DNA of 32,000 bases from Sulfolobus acidocaldarius DSM 639 (GCF_000012285.1 NC_007181.1:1200001-1232000); one strand, 5' to 3'; shown: positions 13,062 to 25,386, counted from the stretch's first letter. Program-made: numbers and translations. Notes: a model not told the origin generated them from the sequence alone.

Positions 13062-13113
13062 AATTTTTAAATAAGTTTAACATCTCTTCTTTACAGGTGC
13101 TTTTGTTGAGCCA

Positions 13114-14388
13114 ATGGTAAATAGTTTCGATATAATTCCAAAGTATTGGTATAATATAATACCCGATCTCCCAAAACCATTACCTCCACCAAGAGATCCA
13201 CAAGACGCAGAGTTCTCAAGAATTGATCTTCTAAGAAAAATCCTCCCAAAGGAGGTATTAAGACAAGAGTTTACCATAGAAAGGTTTGTAAAGATCCCTG
13301 ATGAGGTTAGGGATAGATATATAAACATAGGTAGACCTACACCACTGATTAGAGCAAGGAGATTAGAAGAGTATTTGAAAACTCCAGCAAGGATTTATTT
13401 CAAATACGAGGGCGCAACACCAACTGGTTCTCACAAGATAAATACAGCAATACCTCAAGCATATTTTGCTGCAAATGAGGGAGTTTCTCATGTTACCACT
13501 GAAACCGGCGCTGGACAGTGGGGAACAGCAGTAGCCTTGGCTGCTTCAATGTATGATTTAGAGTCTACCATATTCATGGTCAGGGTAAGTTATGAGCACA
13601 AACCTATGAGAAGAACTATAATGGAATTATATGGTGCTAAGGTTCATGCAAGCCCTACTGATCTAACAGAGTTTGGTAGAAAAATTCTAAAAGAGGATTC
13701 ACGTCATCCTGGGTCTTTAGGCATAGCTATGAGTGAGGCAATAGAGTACGCCCTGGAAAATAATTATAGGTATTTAGTTGGAAGTGTATTAGATGTAGTA
13801 ATCCTGCACCAATCCATTATAGGTATGGAGTCTATTAATCAACTTGAGGCACTAGGAGAAGAACCAGATACCATAATAGGGTGTGTCGGAGGAGGAAGTA
13901 ATTTTGGTGGATTTACATATCCGTTTATTGGTACCAAGAGGGGAAAGAAGTATATAGCTGTAGGTTCCTCAGAAGTACCTAAATTCAGTAAAGGTAAATA
14001 TGAATATGATTTCCCAGACTCCGCTGGATTATTGCCACTGGTAAAGATGATAACTTTAGGAAAGGATTTCATTCCTCCTCCTATATATTCAGGCGGACTT
14101 AGATATCACGGAGTTGCCCCAACCCTTAGTTTACTGGTTAAGGAAAAAGTGGTTGAATGGCGCGAGTATACAGAAGAGGAGATATATAATTCAGCTAAAA
14201 TCTTTATGAAGACTCAAGGTATAATTCCAGCACCTGAATCTGCTCATGCTATTAAGGCTGCAATTGATGAGGCACTGGAGGCTAAAAAAACCAATGATAA
14301 GAAGGTGATATTGGTTAACGTTAGTGGTCATGGTTTGTTAGATTTGAGCAACTATGAATCTATGAAAAATAGAGTGATGAAGAAATGA
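13114..14388 (+). CDS. trpB: Tryptophan synthase beta chain, TrpB2 type
   Basis: 424 aa with the PLP-lysine motif TGSHKINTA and GGGSNFGG. The long N-terminal extension and the size are typical of the TrpB2 subfamily rather than TrpB1. Confidence 0.9.
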
Positions 14389-15122
14389 GTAAAAAGTATC
14401 TGGTAGCCTATATGACGTTAGGCTATCCTAATGTAAATGATTTCTACAAATTCATCGATAACATAGAGGATTTTGGGGTAGATATTTTAGAAATTGGGAT
14501 TCCACCAAAGTATGCTAAATATGACGGACCTGTAATAAGGAAGACATATAAAATCGTTAGTAATAATATAAAGAACTACTACGAGATACTTTATGAGGTC
14601 AAACAGAGAATCAAAATTCCAGTTGTTATTTTAACATATCTGGAAGAGTACGTAGATAAGTTAGGAGATTTTTTACTAAAATTAAAAGAAAGTAGGGTAG
14701 ATGGTGTTTTATTCCCAGATTTGCTTATAGATTATGTTGACGAATATGAAAAATATGTCAATTTAATAAAGAATGAAGGTATAAAAACTGTTTTATTTAC
14801 AGCTCCCTTAATGCCGGATGACCTGATCATTAAAGCATCTAAACTAACCGATCTATTTCTTTATTACGGAGTAAGACCAACTACAGGTGTAGTTATTCCA
14901 ATAAGTATTGATTCTCTGATAAACAGAATAAGAACTATGGTTCAAAGTAAGTTAGTTGTAGGCTTTGGTTTGAACAGTATTGAAGATATTAAGAAAGCGA
15001 TGTCAGTAGGAGCAGACGGAATAGCCGTTGGGACATCTTTAATAGAAGAAGTTGACAAAAACGGAGTGAATGGAGCACTTGAACTTATAAAAAAATTGAG
15101 AGGAGTGCTGGATGAATATTAG
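14385..15122 (+). CDS. trpA: Tryptophan synthase alpha chain
   Basis: 245 aa with the motif [17 protein letters not shown], the equivalent of E-x-G-x-P-x-S-D-P-x-A-D-G-P. ATGA overlap with trpB. Confidence 0.85.
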
Positions 15123-16158
15123 TGATTATTTGAAAAAGATTGTATTTGAGAAGAGAGATCTTTCAACTGAAGATAGTGAAGCTATAGCTAATGCTTTAAT
15201 GAAAGGAGAAATTCCTGAGATTCAGGTTTCTGCTTTATTGACTTCTTTAGCTATGAAGGGGGAAAGTTTTGAAGAGATAGTGGGTTTTGCAAGAGCTATG
15301 AGAAACAATGCAATCAAGATAAGTTATCCAGAAGCTCTTGATACTGCAGGAACTGGTGGAGATGGACTAGGTACCATAAATGTAAGTACTATTACGGCAA
15401 TAATTCTAAGTCAATTATTTCCTGTGGCTAAGCATGGCAATAGATCTGTTAGTGGTAAGTCAGGTAGTGCAGATGTTCTTGAAGCTCTGGGTTATAATAT
15501 AAATATTGCCCCTGAGTTAGCTAATAAGCTTATAAAAGAGAATAATTTCGTCTTTCTCTTTGCTCAAATATACCATCCAGCTATGAAAAACGTTGCGAAT
15601 GTAAGAAAGACCTTAGGCATAAGAACTATATTTAACCTCCTAGGTCCCTTGACTAATCCAGCGGGTACAAGATATCAACTAATTGGACTGTTTTCGTCTA
15701 AAGTCATGGATATAGTAGCAAAAGCAGCCTCACTATTAGATTACAAAAAAGTTTTCATATATCATGGAGAGCCAGGTATTGATGAAATTAGTCCTTATGG
15801 ATATACGACCGTTTATGAAATTACTAATGGGAAAATACAACAATATAGACTTCATTACTCTGATTTTGGTCTAAAGAGACAGATACCGATTGAAAAAATT
15901 ACTGCCACTAGTGCAAACGAGTCTGCTATAAAAATACTTAGAGGGGTTATGGGGATTGACAGTGATATTAGAGACTTTATAGGAATTAATGTTGCTGTAG
16001 GTCTCAAACTTATAGGTAAAGCGGAAGACGCTAGGGATGGATTCGAGTATGCTATGCAACTAATGGAATCAACAATTCAGCATCTAAGAAGGATTATAGA
16101 ATCTAATGGTGACATTAAAAAATTTGATCAGTTAGTGAGGCAAGTTGGTAAAGGTTAA
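15112..16158 (+). CDS. trpD: Anthranilate phosphoribosyltransferase
   Basis: 348 aa with the motifs DTAGTGGDG and [18 protein letters not shown]. Confidence 0.9.
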
Positions 16159-16744
16159 ATTCTGTGGAATAGCTAGCCTGGAGGATGCAATATTGGCTGA
16201 AAAACTTGGCGCTGACTTTATAGGGTTTGTTACTGATACGGCGAGCCCTAGATTTGTTAAGAAAGATTTTATTGGTTTTGTGAGAAGGTATGTAGAAATT
16301 CCGACGGTTGAAGTAATAGTAAAGGGAAATGTATCTGAATCAATTGATAAAACAAAGGCAGACCTAATCCAAATACATAGGGTACTAACTAGACGAGAAT
16401 TAGACGAGATTCATATGTATAGAAAGAAAGTAATACTTTATGTTCCTTCTTCGGATATGTATCAAGAATATTTCAGGAGTGTTATAAGTATGGGCTTTAA
16501 TGTATTGGTGGACTCAGAGATAAAAGGTAGTAAGGTCAACCTAGATTTAGCGAGAGGCTGGGCTAAAGAATATGAAATTGGAATAGGCGGAGGAATATCA
16601 CCAGATAACCTCCATGATTTTCTATCGATAAATCCAAAATGGATTGATGTTTCTTCAGGAATCGAGAAATACAAGGGAAAAAAGGATCCTAGTAAAATGT
16701 TAAAGATAATAGAAGGTGTTAGAAAGTGGAAGTATACCCAATAA
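16145..16744 (+). CDS. trpF: Phosphoribosylanthranilate isomerase
   Basis: 199 aa with an N-terminal VKFCGI and a C-terminal [13 protein letters not shown] start that overlaps trpD by 14 nt. Confidence 0.85.
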   Translation: MVKVKFCGIASLEDAILAEKLGADFIGFVTDTASPRFVKKDFIGFVRRYVEIPTVEVIVKGNVSESIDKTKADLIQIHRVLTRRELDEIHMYRKKVILYVPSSDMYQEYFRSVISMGFNVLVDSEIKGSKVNLDLARGWAKEYEIGIGGGISPDNLHDFLSINPKWIDVSSGIEKYKGKKDPSKMLKIIEGVRKWKYTQ

Positions 16745-18024
16745 CTGCTTTTACTCAACCTAATGAAGTCTTTAGTTGTATAAAGAAAGATGAAGACGTT
16801 GCGGTTCTATTAGAGAGTGGCTCAGGTCCCCAATATAAATCAAGGTATAGCATGATCGGTTGGGGCAGAAAGGGCTATATATCTCTGTATAAAAACAAAA
16901 GTTCAGGAGATATAGTCAAGGAATTCTATGATCCAATAGAGGTTTTATCAGAATTTTTAAATAAGGCACCAAGCCTTAATGTTCCAGGTAAGTTCAAAGG
17001 AGGAATATTTGGATATATGGGTTATGATGGAGTTAGATATTGGGAAACTATTAAGGATTTGAAGCCTGAGCCTGAGAAATGGCCCTATGCAGAATTTTTC
17101 ATCCCTCAGAATATAATAGTTTATGATCATGCAGAGGGGAAAGTATATCTAGATGGTGACTTACCTACTAAGTATAATTGTATATCATCAGACGAAACAA
17201 AATTTTCATATTACGAGGAGTCCCTAAAGAAGGAAGAATTTGAGGGGATAGTGAAAGAAGCATTAGACTATATAAGGCGCGGATATATCTTTCAGGTGGT
17301 TCTTTCTAGGTTTTATAAGTACATTTATAAGGGAGATTTGATGAGGTTTTACAATAATTTAAGAAAAGTTAATCCTTCTCCTTATATGTTTTACATGAAA
17401 TTCATGGATAGGGAGATAATTGGTTCAAGCCCTGAGACTCTATTTAGTGTTCAAGGAGGAGTAGTAGAAACATATCCTATTGCCGGATCCAGACCTAGAG
17501 GTAGAACACTAGAGGAAGATTTAGAACTAGAAAGAGATTTGTTGTCATCAGAAAAAGAAAGAGCTGAACATCTTATGTTAGTTGATTTAGCACGAAATGA
17601 TATAGGCAAAGTTTGTTATATGGGTTCTGTCAAAGTTCCTGAGTTTATGTATGTTGAAAAGTATGCATATGTTCAACATATAGTTAGTAAAGTGGTTGGT
17701 ACCTTGAGGAAGAATCTTACTTCTTTTGATGTTTTGAAATCAACTTTTCCTGCGGGTACAGTTAGTGGTGCACCAAAACCTATGGCAATGAATCTTATTG
17801 AATTATTTGAGCATTATAAGAGAGGTCCATATGCTGGAGGCGTAGGGTTTTTCTCGTCTAATGGTGATGCAGAATTTGCAATAACTATAAGAAGCGCATT
17901 TGTAAATAAGGATACTATAAGAATTCAAGCAGGTGCTGGCATAGTTTATGATTCTGTTCCTGAAATGGAATACTTTGAAACGGAACATAAGATGAGAGCC
18001 TTGAAAGTTGCAATGGGGGTGTAA
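16726..18024 (+). CDS. trpE: Anthranilate synthase component I
   Basis: 432 aa with chorismate-binding motifs [19 protein letters not shown] and [12 protein letters not shown] start that overlaps trpF by 19 nt. Confidence 0.9.
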   Translation: MEVYPITAFTQPNEVFSCIKKDEDVAVLLESGSGPQYKSRYSMIGWGRKGYISLYKNKSSGDIVKEFYDPIEVLSEFLNKAPSLNVPGKFKGGIFGYMGYDGVRYWETIKDLKPEPEKWPYAEFFIPQNIIVYDHAEGKVYLDGDLPTKYNCISSDETKFSYYEESLKKEEFEGIVKEALDYIRRGYIFQVVLSRFYKYIYKGDLMRFYNNLRKVNPSPYMFYMKFMDREIIGSSPETLFSVQGGVVETYPIAGSRPRGRTLEEDLELERDLLSSEKERAEHLMLVDLARNDIGKVCYMGSVKVPEFMYVEKYAYVQHIVSKVVGTLRKNLTSFDVLKSTFPAGTVSGAPKPMAMNLIELFEHYKRGPYAGGVGFFSSNGDAEFAITIRSAFVNKDTIRIQAGAGIVYDSVPEMEYFETEHKMRALKVAMGV

Positions 18025-18610
18025 AATTACGGACATAACGTTGATAATTGATAATTACGATAGTTTTGTATACAATATAGCTCAGCTTATAGGTGAACTT
18101 GGTAGTTATCCTATAATTATAAGAAATGACGAAATAACACTAAAGGGAGTTGAAAGATTAAATCCTGATAGAATTGTTATATCTCCAGGTCCTGGTTCTC
18201 CAGATAAAAAAGAGGATATAGGAATTGTTAATGATGTGATTAAATACTTAGGCAGAAGAATTCCTATCTTTGGGGTATGTTTAGGTCATCAAGCTATAGG
18301 ATTTACCTTCGGCGCAGTTATAAGGAGAGCAAAAACGATCTATCATGGGAAGATAAGCAAAATAGTACATTCTTCTTCCTCTACACTATATGATGGGATT
18401 CCAAATCGTTTTGAAGCAACTAGATATCATAGTTTAGTTATTGATAATGTAAAGGAACCTTTAGTTATTGATGCGTATTCGGAAGAAGATAAGGAGATTA
18501 TGGGAGTACATCATGTTGAATACAGGATCTATGGAGTTCAGTTTCATCCTGAGAGCGTGGGAACAGGATATGGTAGGAGAATATTTTATAACTTTCTGAA
18601 TAAAGTGTAA
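18008..18610 (+). CDS. trpG: Anthranilate synthase component II (glutamine amidotransferase)
   Basis: Class-I GATase motifs [15 protein letters not shown] and FHPES. The start is uncertain: either the TTG at 18008 or the TTG at 18041, which would give MIIDNYDSF. Confidence 0.9.
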   Translation: MQWGCKITDITLIIDNYDSFVYNIAQLIGELGSYPIIIRNDEITLKGVERLNPDRIVISPGPGSPDKKEDIGIVNDVIKYLGRRIPIFGVCLGHQAIGFTFGAVIRRAKTIYHGKISKIVHSSSSTLYDGIPNRFEATRYHSLVIDNVKEPLVIDAYSEEDKEIMGVHHVEYRIYGVQFHPESVGTGYGRRIFYNFLNKV

Positions 18611-18611
18611 C

Positions 18612-19361
18612 TTGATGCCGAGATTTCTAAATGGTTGGTTAACTGATGTTGTACAAGCCTCCCTCTCCCGACCTAAAATAGAAAAGGTAAGAGATAGACC
18701 TATCTTCTCCTTAAAAAAAAGTATAATTTCTGCTAAGAATTCAGGATTAAATCCTATAATAGCAGAATATAAAAGAAGGTCTCCCTCTGGGATAAATGTA
18801 GATATTAACATTATAGAATATGTAAAATTTATGGAGAATAATGGTGCGACAGGAATAAGTGTTTTAACAGAAGAAAAGTTCTTTAACGGTAGTTATAATG
18901 ACCTGGAACTAGTTGCAAAGAATGTAAAATTACCCATACTAATGAAAGATTTTGTAGTTAGTGAAAAACAAATAGATTCTGCATACAATATAGGAGCAGA
19001 TGTTATATTATTAATAGCAAAAATATTGACGGAGAGAGAGCTGGTCAGTTTATACAAGTATGCTAAATCTTACGGACTAGAGGCAATAGTAGAAATATCA
19101 GATGAGGAGGACTTAGATGTAGCTTTAAGAGGTAATTATGATTTCATAGGGGTAAATGCTAGAAATCTTGAGTCACTAGAGGTAAGTTTAGATAGAACTA
19201 AAAAATTACTTCAAATGATACCTAAGGATAGGTTGAAAATAGCTGAAAGTGGTATTAGTACTAGACAAGACATTGAGGAACTCAGAGCTTCCGGTGCAGA
19301 CGCTTTCCTCATAGGTACATCCTTATTAAAGGATCAGAATAAAATAAAGGAGTTGATTTAA
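18612..19361 (+). CDS. trpC: Indole-3-glycerol-phosphate synthase
   Basis: 249 aa with the motifs [18 protein letters not shown] and ESGI. The ATG at 18615 is a likelier start than the TTG at 18612. Confidence 0.9.
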   Translation: MMPRFLNGWLTDVVQASLSRPKIEKVRDRPIFSLKKSIISAKNSGLNPIIAEYKRRSPSGINVDINIIEYVKFMENNGATGISVLTEEKFFNGSYNDLELVAKNVKLPILMKDFVVSEKQIDSAYNIGADVILLIAKILTERELVSLYKYAKSYGLEAIVEISDEEDLDVALRGNYDFIGVNARNLESLEVSLDRTKKLLQMIPKDRLKIAESGISTRQDIEELRASGADAFLIGTSLLKDQNKIKELI

Positions 19362-19372
19362 TACTTATACTG

Positions 19373-20575
19373 ATGAGCTTAGATAATTTCTCTAAAGGAG
19401 CTTTAGCCATATCAGGCGAAACTACACTACTATATCAAGATATAGCTAGGAGTGTTCAAAAGGAGAAAGGAATAAAAATCGTCAACTTTGGCATAGGTCA
19501 GCCTGATTTTCCTACATTTCAAAAGATAAGAGATGAAGCTAAAAAAGCTCTTGATGGTGGTTTTACTGCTTATACTTCAGCATATGGTATTGACGAGTTA
19601 AGAGCTAAAATAGCAAGTTTTCTCAGTAGTAAATACAATACTAATATATCTAGTAAGGAAGTTATTATAACTCCTGGAGCTAAAGTCTCTTTGTATCTAG
19701 CATTTCTACTATACGTAAATCCAGGTGACGAAGTTATAATATTTGATCCTTCCTATTACTCCTATCCTGAAGTAGTCAAGATGTTAGGTGGAAAACCTGT
19801 TTATGTTAAGATGAAATGGAGAGAAGATACAGGATTTTCCCTTAATCTGAATGATCTTGAGAATAAAATTACTGATAAAACAAAGATGGTAGTACTAAAT
19901 AATCCTCATAATCCTACCGGAATGGTATTTGATCCTAAAGAGATAGATCAGTTAATAGAAATAGCTAAATCTAAAAATCTGATAGTCCTATCGGATGAGA
20001 TATACGACTATTTTGTTTATGAGGGGAAGATGAGAAGTGTACTCGAGGATCCAGACTGGAAAAACTTCAGCATATACGTTAATGGGTTTAGTAAAACCTT
20101 TTCCATGACTGGTTGGAGATTAGGATATGTAGTAGCTAAAGAAAACGTAATAAAGAAAATGTCTGAGATTGCTGCTAATGTCTACACATGTCCAACAAGT
20201 TTCGCTCAAAAAGCAGCTGTGTCTGCCTTTGATACGTTTGATGACGTAAAGAAAATGATAGATACATTTAAGAAAAGAAGGGATGTGATGTATTCTGAGT
20301 TAAAGAAAATTAAGGGAATACAGGTTAATAAGAGTCAGGGAGCTTTCTATATGTTTCCATATCTGGGCGAAATTCTGAGAAAAAGCGGTATGTCCACAAA
20401 AGATTTCTCTGTTAATCTAATTAAAGAAAAAGGAGTAGTAACTATTCCAGGAGAAGTGTTTCCATTAGATGCAGGTAAAGAGTTTGTAAGGTTAAGTTTT
20501 GCTGTTGACGAAAATGTTATTAAGGAAGGCGTTCAAAGAATGAGCGAGTTCATAAATCAGTTGATGAGAAGTTAA
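19373..20575 (+). CDS. Class I/II PLP-dependent aminotransferase (aspartate/aromatic type)
   Basis: 400 aa with NPHNPTG and the PLP-lysine motif [13 protein letters not shown]. It begins 11 nt after trpC and is probably co-transcribed. Confidence 0.85.
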   Translation: MSLDNFSKGALAISGETTLLYQDIARSVQKEKGIKIVNFGIGQPDFPTFQKIRDEAKKALDGGFTAYTSAYGIDELRAKIASFLSSKYNTNISSKEVIITPGAKVSLYLAFLLYVNPGDEVIIFDPSYYSYPEVVKMLGGKPVYVKMKWREDTGFSLNLNDLENKITDKTKMVVLNNPHNPTGMVFDPKEIDQLIEIAKSKNLIVLSDEIYDYFVYEGKMRSVLEDPDWKNFSIYVNGFSKTFSMTGWRLGYVVAKENVIKKMSEIAANVYTCPTSFAQKAAVSAFDTFDDVKKMIDTFKKRRDVMYSELKKIKGIQVNKSQGAFYMFPYLGEILRKSGMSTKDFSVNLIKEKGVVTIPGEVFPLDAGKEFVRLSFAVDENVIKEGVQRMSEFINQLMRS

Positions 20576-20592
20576 AAAAGCGATGGATGAGC

Positions 20593-23037
20593 TTAACTCC
20601 CATGGTCTGATAATAGTTCTACTTTTATTTCGTTATTTTCTTGGTAAATAATATCAATTAATTTTAAGGTTTTCTTTAGATCTTCTTCTATTATTTTTAT
20701 TTTTGCAATGAAATCATCAGGTCCATAAATTTTAACCGAAATTGGAGTAGGTATAGCTAACCTATTTTGTATTTTAAGTGTCCTTATTGCTGAAGTTGCT
20801 TTTTTGATATATTCTCCTAATTTCTGTGCTTCTCCATCATCCTCTAAATCACTTGTATCAGGTAAGTTCTCTAGGGCTATACTCATCTTATCACCGTAAA
20901 GTCTTTCGTACATTTCTTCGGTTATGTGGGGAGCAATAGGATATAGTAAGATAAGTAGGTCTTTGATTATTCTGCTTAATGTATATATTGCTGACTCATC
21001 CTCCATAAATAGCCTGTGTTTTATTAGTTCTAAGTACTCATCTGCAATAGTTTCCCAGAAATAGGAATATATGGACTCAACTACAATGTAGAAGTCATAG
21101 TTTCTATATGCCTCTATGGATTGCTGTACAAATTTCTTATGCTCCTGCAGGATCCATTTATCTATTTCATGTAGTTTACTTGGTTTGTTTATCTTCTTTT
21201 TACCTATGAATGGATAAGATAATCTACCTGCATTCCATAGCTTCTGAAGTAGTAGCTTTTTAGATTTTACAGTATCCCATTTAAATGGAAAGTCGTCTCC
21301 TATTTTCGCATCAAGTAATGTTAACCTTATTGCGTCAGCTCCATACTCGTCAACCTTATCTAAAGGACTAACTACATTACCCTTACTCTTACTCATTCTT
21401 GTTCCGTCTGGTCCTAAAACTTGACCGTTAATTAACACTTCTTTGAAAGGTATGTTTCCTGCAAGGGCTAGAGTCCTATAATAGGTATAAAATAACCATG
21501 TTCTTATTATATCAGTGCCTTGCAGTCTCAAGGACGATGGAAATGTCTTTGTAAATCTACTTTTATCATCATAAAATCCTGTCAAATACAATACTGTAAC
21601 ACTGGAGTCAACCCAGACATCAGCAACATCTTTAACAGGTTTTAAATCTAATCCACAATGTGGACATTTCTCTACAGGTGGATTTACTTTACTAGGATCT
21701 ATTGGTAGTACTTCTTCTGGGGCAGGTATTAAATGCCCATTATCACAATACCAGAATGGTAGTGGTGTACCGTAGACTCTTTGTCTACTAATGTTCCAGT
21801 CCCATTCAAGATTTTTTATCCATTCCTCAAGGTAATAGCTCATTCTCTGCGGAGTAAATTTCATTTTCTTATAATCTTCTAGCAGTTTATTTCTCCACTC
21901 TAATACTTTTATGTAGATCTGTTTCTTTATCAAGAACTCTATGGGAGATAAACAATCACTTCTTTCCGTATGAGCCAAAACATTATGAGTTATTTTCTCT
22001 ACTTTTATGAGATAACCTTTTTCTTTTAGTATTTCAATAATTTTTTTCCTAGCCTCTTTAACGGTTAATCCATCAAGCAGCCCGTTAGTATTTTTGATCT
22101 TTCCCTTATCATCTACGACTTCATAAACAGGTAACCTATATGTTAATTGCCAACGGATATCCTGAGGATCTCCGTATGTACTTATCATCACAGCTCCAGT
22201 TCCAAATGTCATCTCAACAGCCTTATCTGCAATTATACTGATTTCCTTGTCAAAGAGTGGTATTTTGACTTTTCTGCCTACTAAAGACTTGTATCTTTCA
22301 TCATCAGGGTTTACAGCTACTGCTTGAGTTGCTCCTAACAGTTCTGGTCTAGTTGTAGCTATGGTAACTCCTCCCTCACCATCTACAAATGGGAAAAGTA
22401 TGTAAGCTAATACTCCATCTTCTTCTTTGTATCCTACTTCGCTTTGTGCTAACGCTGTTTCACATTTAGGACACCAGTAGACCGGTCCTTCTCTCATTTC
22501 CACTAAACCCATTTTGTGCATATCTATCAAACTTTTTTGTATAATTCTTCTATATTTACTCTCGTAGGTTCTATATTCAAACCTCTCCCATTCTGCTCTG
22601 TATCCTAATCTGATCATTGCTGTTCTCATACTTTTTATCATATCTTCAGTCCATTCTATACATTTTTTCAAAAATAATTCTCTGTTTTCTTTCGGTACTT
22701 TTAGTTTGTATTGTACTTTTAATTCTGTAGGTAAGCCCTGTGTATCCCAACCTTGAGGTAACAGAACGTTATAACCCTCAAGTCTCTTAAACCTACCAAT
22801 AGTATCTGAGATAGTGACCCAATACGCATGACCCATGTGAAGTTCTCCGCTCGTAAATGGAGGGGGAGTATCTATTACAAATACAGGAGATTTTTCATCT
22901 TCGTCTCTAAATCGGAAAACTTTTTCCCAAAACTCCTTGGTCATCCATATATTTTGCCATTTTAGTTCAATCCCCTTAGGATCATAATGTTTAGGCCATT
23001 CCTCAAGTTTCTTGTTTATCTCGTCTTGAGATAACAT
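20593..23037 (-). CDS. valS: Valyl-tRNA synthetase
   Basis: Class-I motifs: HIGH-like [13 protein letters not shown]-like TRMSKSKGN and [14 protein letters not shown]. The size suits an archaeal ValRS. I place the start at the second ATG (23037, [20 protein letters not shown]...). The longest ORF (start 23088) would leave zero intergenic space to the divergent gene. Confidence 0.8.
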   Translation of the reverse strand: MLSQDEINKKLEEWPKHYDPKGIELKWQNIWMTKEFWEKVFRFRDEDEKSPVFVIDTPPPFTSGELHMGHAYWVTISDTIGRFKRLEGYNVLLPQGWDTQGLPTELKVQYKLKVPKENRELFLKKCIEWTEDMIKSMRTAMIRLGYRAEWERFEYRTYESKYRRIIQKSLIDMHKMGLVEMREGPVYWCPKCETALAQSEVGYKEEDGVLAYILFPFVDGEGGVTIATTRPELLGATQAVAVNPDDERYKSLVGRKVKIPLFDKEISIIADKAVEMTFGTGAVMISTYGDPQDIRWQLTYRLPVYEVVDDKGKIKNTNGLLDGLTVKEARKKIIEILKEKGYLIKVEKITHNVLAHTERSDCLSPIEFLIKKQIYIKVLEWRNKLLEDYKKMKFTPQRMSYYLEEWIKNLEWDWNISRQRVYGTPLPFWYCDNGHLIPAPEEVLPIDPSKVNPPVEKCPHCGLDLKPVKDVADVWVDSSVTVLYLTGFYDDKSRFTKTFPSSLRLQGTDIIRTWLFYTYYRTLALAGNIPFKEVLINGQVLGPDGTRMSKSKGNVVSPLDKVDEYGADAIRLTLLDAKIGDDFPFKWDTVKSKKLLLQKLWNAGRLSYPFIGKKKINKPSKLHEIDKWILQEHKKFVQQSIEAYRNYDFYIVVESIYSYFWETIADEYLELIKHRLFMEDESAIYTLSRIIKDLLILLYPIAPHITEEMYERLYGDKMSIALENLPDTSDLEDDGEAQKLGEYIKKATSAIRTLKIQNRLAIPTPISVKIYGPDDFIAKIKIIEEDLKKTLKLIDIIYQENNEIKVELLSDHGS

Positions 23038-23059
23038 TGATAAAAACTTAGTATAGTAG

Positions 23060-23067
23060 CTTATAAG
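23060..23067. promoter_or_regulatory. Palindromic TATA-like element CTTATAAG shared by divergent valS and the flavoprotein gene
   Basis: A perfect 8-bp palindrome centred at 23063.5. It lies 26.5 nt from the valS ATG (23037, minus strand) and 25.5 nt from the GTG at 23089 (plus strand). Confidence 0.4.
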
Positions 23068-23088
23068 TTCTAACGCAGAAATAGTCAT

Positions 23089-24078
23089 GTGCTTAAAATT
23101 GCAATATTAGGTGGAGGAGTGTCAGGATCATTATTAGCTTATCTCATTAAAAAATATACCAATAATTATGTTAAGATTTTTGATATCAAAGATAGGTACA
23201 TAAAGCCTTGTGGAGATATTGTACCTAATGTTTTTGAACCTCCTAATTCGTGGCCTAGGAAGTACGATATAAAGAGATTCGCGTTTTATCTAGATGGCGA
23301 GAGAGTTTACGACATTCAGTATAGGAGTACTAAATGGATAGTAATTGATAAGTGGAAATGGATCAACGACATGAGGAAAGAAGTGGATTTCTCGTATGTT
23401 GGTAATTTTAATGGAAAAGAGTTTGACATGACAATAGACTCAAAAGGTCCATATGATTTAGATAGAAAAGTTGTTTATACAACCAGAGTTCTTCTTAAAA
23501 CCGATAAATTCGATGACGAGGCAGTAATTGAATTTAATACGAAATATACCGGATTTTATTGGATATTTCCATCCGAAGACGGAGTTTATAACATAGGTGC
23601 TGGTTTCATTGAAGATAAAAATTCTAGAGATTTAACGTTAAAATACATAAAAGAGAAATTCGGTGACAGGGAATACAAAATAGTGGACATAAGAGGTGCC
23701 CCAATATCGATTTCTCCCATTCATGAAACGAATTATAAGATAGGAGAAGCTAGGGGTTTGTTATTCCCATTGAGTGGTGAAGGAATAAGACCTTCTGCAA
23801 TTTCAGCAGTAAAAGCGTTTGAGGCTATTAAGAATGGGAAAGATTTTAACAAATATCTATCAGAAGAACTTAAAAAAATACATGAGGCAATTTCTGTTCA
23901 ACACATGTTTCTAAAGTTATATCTTAACTCATCGCTTTCTCTAAGGAAGCAATTTTTAAGATTGTTTTTTAAGAACGAGATTCTAATAGATGCGTATCTA
24001 GAGGATAAAATAACTTTTGAGGGGATAGCAGAATCTGTGAGGTCGATAAAAGGTGGAAGTTTACTTAGAAAACTCTAG
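23089..24078 (+). CDS. FAD-dependent oxidoreductase, geranylgeranyl-reductase family
   Basis: 329 aa with the N-terminal dinucleotide fold [11 protein letters not shown]. The motif [18 protein letters not shown] resembles GDAAG-x-NP-x-TGEGI of GGR-type flavoproteins. GTG start. Confidence 0.6.
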   Translation: MLKIAILGGGVSGSLLAYLIKKYTNNYVKIFDIKDRYIKPCGDIVPNVFEPPNSWPRKYDIKRFAFYLDGERVYDIQYRSTKWIVIDKWKWINDMRKEVDFSYVGNFNGKEFDMTIDSKGPYDLDRKVVYTTRVLLKTDKFDDEAVIEFNTKYTGFYWIFPSEDGVYNIGAGFIEDKNSRDLTLKYIKEKFGDREYKIVDIRGAPISISPIHETNYKIGEARGLLFPLSGEGIRPSAISAVKAFEAIKNGKDFNKYLSEELKKIHEAISVQHMFLKLYLNSSLSLRKQFLRLFFKNEILIDAYLEDKITFEGIAESVRSIKGGSLLRKL

Positions 24079-24445
24079 TAGTAAATCTGGTAAACACGCG
24101 ATAAGAACTCTATTATTTAAAGTAGAAGGAGAGAATATAGTAGAGGTTAAGGAGATAAAAGTAAAATCTAAACTCAATCCAGTTTACAAGAACGGAACTC
24201 GTCAATTAGTGATAATACCAGATAAAGGAACTTTTATACAGTTAATATTTATAAAGAATGTTTATGGCAGGGTAAAAGGGAAGGCATACGTTTATAATGA
24301 TGGTAGGACTGTTCTAGAGATGAATTATCGTAAACTTAAACTTAAAATTGTATCAGGAAATCCTGCTTACGCAGATTATGTAAGAAAGATTTTTGAGAAA
24401 TTAAAGATACCTATCAAGAGAGTTAATGTAAAGTTGGTGAGCTAA
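24053..24445 (+). CDS. Hypothetical protein (130 aa)
   Basis: An ORF with a GTG start that overlaps the preceding gene by 26 nt. Its stop overlaps the next ATG (TAATG). Lys-rich and predicted beta-rich, with no recognisable motif. Confidence 0.45.
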   Translation: MEVYLENSSSKSGKHAIRTLLFKVEGENIVEVKEIKVKSKLNPVYKNGTRQLVIIPDKGTFIQLIFIKNVYGRVKGKAYVYNDGRTVLEMNYRKLKLKIVSGNPAYADYVRKIFEKLKIPIKRVNVKLVS

Positions 24446-24765
24446 TGTTTGAATTAGAATATAAAATTCTACCTCCTAACCCAGAGTATGTCATGTCGGC
24501 TACGGTCATTGATATGATAGAAAAAGAGTTAGTGGATCTTTGTAGTGTGGTGAGAACAGGTGGTTCTTTAGTATGTTCTCCTTCTGATGATTCTTTGATA
24601 GTCGTTTTTACAATTTTTAATCAGTTGAGGAAACTGGAAATACATGTCAGATTTTCCTCTACTAATGCAAAAAAACTTGCGGAGTTAATAAATGAGGTAT
24701 CATCTAAGCTGAAAAGTAAAGGTTATCTTATAACTTTATCAATCTCCTCTAATATTTTACCATAA
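24445..24765 (+). CDS. Hypothetical protein (106 aa)
   Basis: An ATG-started ORF with a translationally coupled arrangement to the 130-aa ORF. No recognisable motif. Confidence 0.45.
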   Translation: MFELEYKILPPNPEYVMSATVIDMIEKELVDLCSVVRTGGSLVCSPSDDSLIVVFTIFNQLRKLEIHVRFSSTNAKKLAELINEVSSKLKSKGYLITLSISSNILP

Positions 24766-25055
24766 ATCTCCTCTAGATTTTCAAAATTAGTTTCTTTCAA
24801 TTTACCAATTACGTTGCAAACATAAATATTTATTCTAGTTTTACACACTACTAATCTTAATATCTTAAATTCTGTCGTTTCTATGTCCATGTCAATATAG
24901 GCAATCTTATTATATTGTGTAAAGGTGAGTTTCTTAATAAAATCTTGATTTCGAATAACTATATCCGTATCAGCGTAAAACAACTCATTATTCAGTATAA
25001 AAATATTTTTACCTTCTATTTGAGTCTTAAATTGCACTGACAAGTTCAGTACCAC
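24723..25055 (-). CDS. Hypothetical protein (110 aa)
   Basis: An ORF with a GTG start that overlaps the 3' end of the zinc-ribbon gene by 29 nt. Its 3' end overlaps the convergent 106-aa ORF by 43 nt. No recognisable motif. Confidence 0.4.
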   Translation of the reverse strand: MVLNLSVQFKTQIEGKNIFILNNELFYADTDIVIRNQDFIKKLTFTQYNKIAYIDMDIETTEFKILRLVVCKTRINIYVCNVIGKLKETNFENLEEIYGKILEEIDKVIR

Positions 25056-25245
25056 AGTATGGGCACTTTTTCTTTAATCCCCTAGCATCTGCTTCACAGA
25101 AGAATGCGTTATACTTCTTTTCACATTTAGGGCATTTGTAGACTAAGTCCGTTCCTATTCTTATTTTCCTATTACATATTCTACAGTATACTGTAAACCA
25201 GCCTGAATGTCCGTAAGAATTACTTCCCCTTAATCTAATACTCAT
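25027..25245 (-). CDS. Small zinc-ribbon protein (72 aa)
   Basis: Cys pairs CRIC, CPKC and CPYC plus a lone Cys. An ATATATAT box at 25267-25274 sits about 26 nt upstream of the ATG (leaderless spacing). Confidence 0.55.
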   Translation of the reverse strand: MSIRLRGSNSYGHSGWFTVYCRICNRKIRIGTDLVYKCPKCEKKYNAFFCEADARGLKKKCPYCGTELVSAI

Positions 25246-25386
25246 GTGATATCAATGAGAGATAGAGATATATATGTTTATCCTCAGGAAACTTATAATT
25301 TACGTTTCATAATTCACATAAAAGTTGATTTAACAGTCCTTTTCGTAAGCGTAAATCTTGTCACATAAAAATCGGATTATTATAAC

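Noticed and set aside
23038-23088. 17-codon N-terminal extension of valS
   Set aside because: It would leave no intergenic DNA to the divergent gene and is not ValRS-like. The second ATG is correctly spaced from a TATA element.
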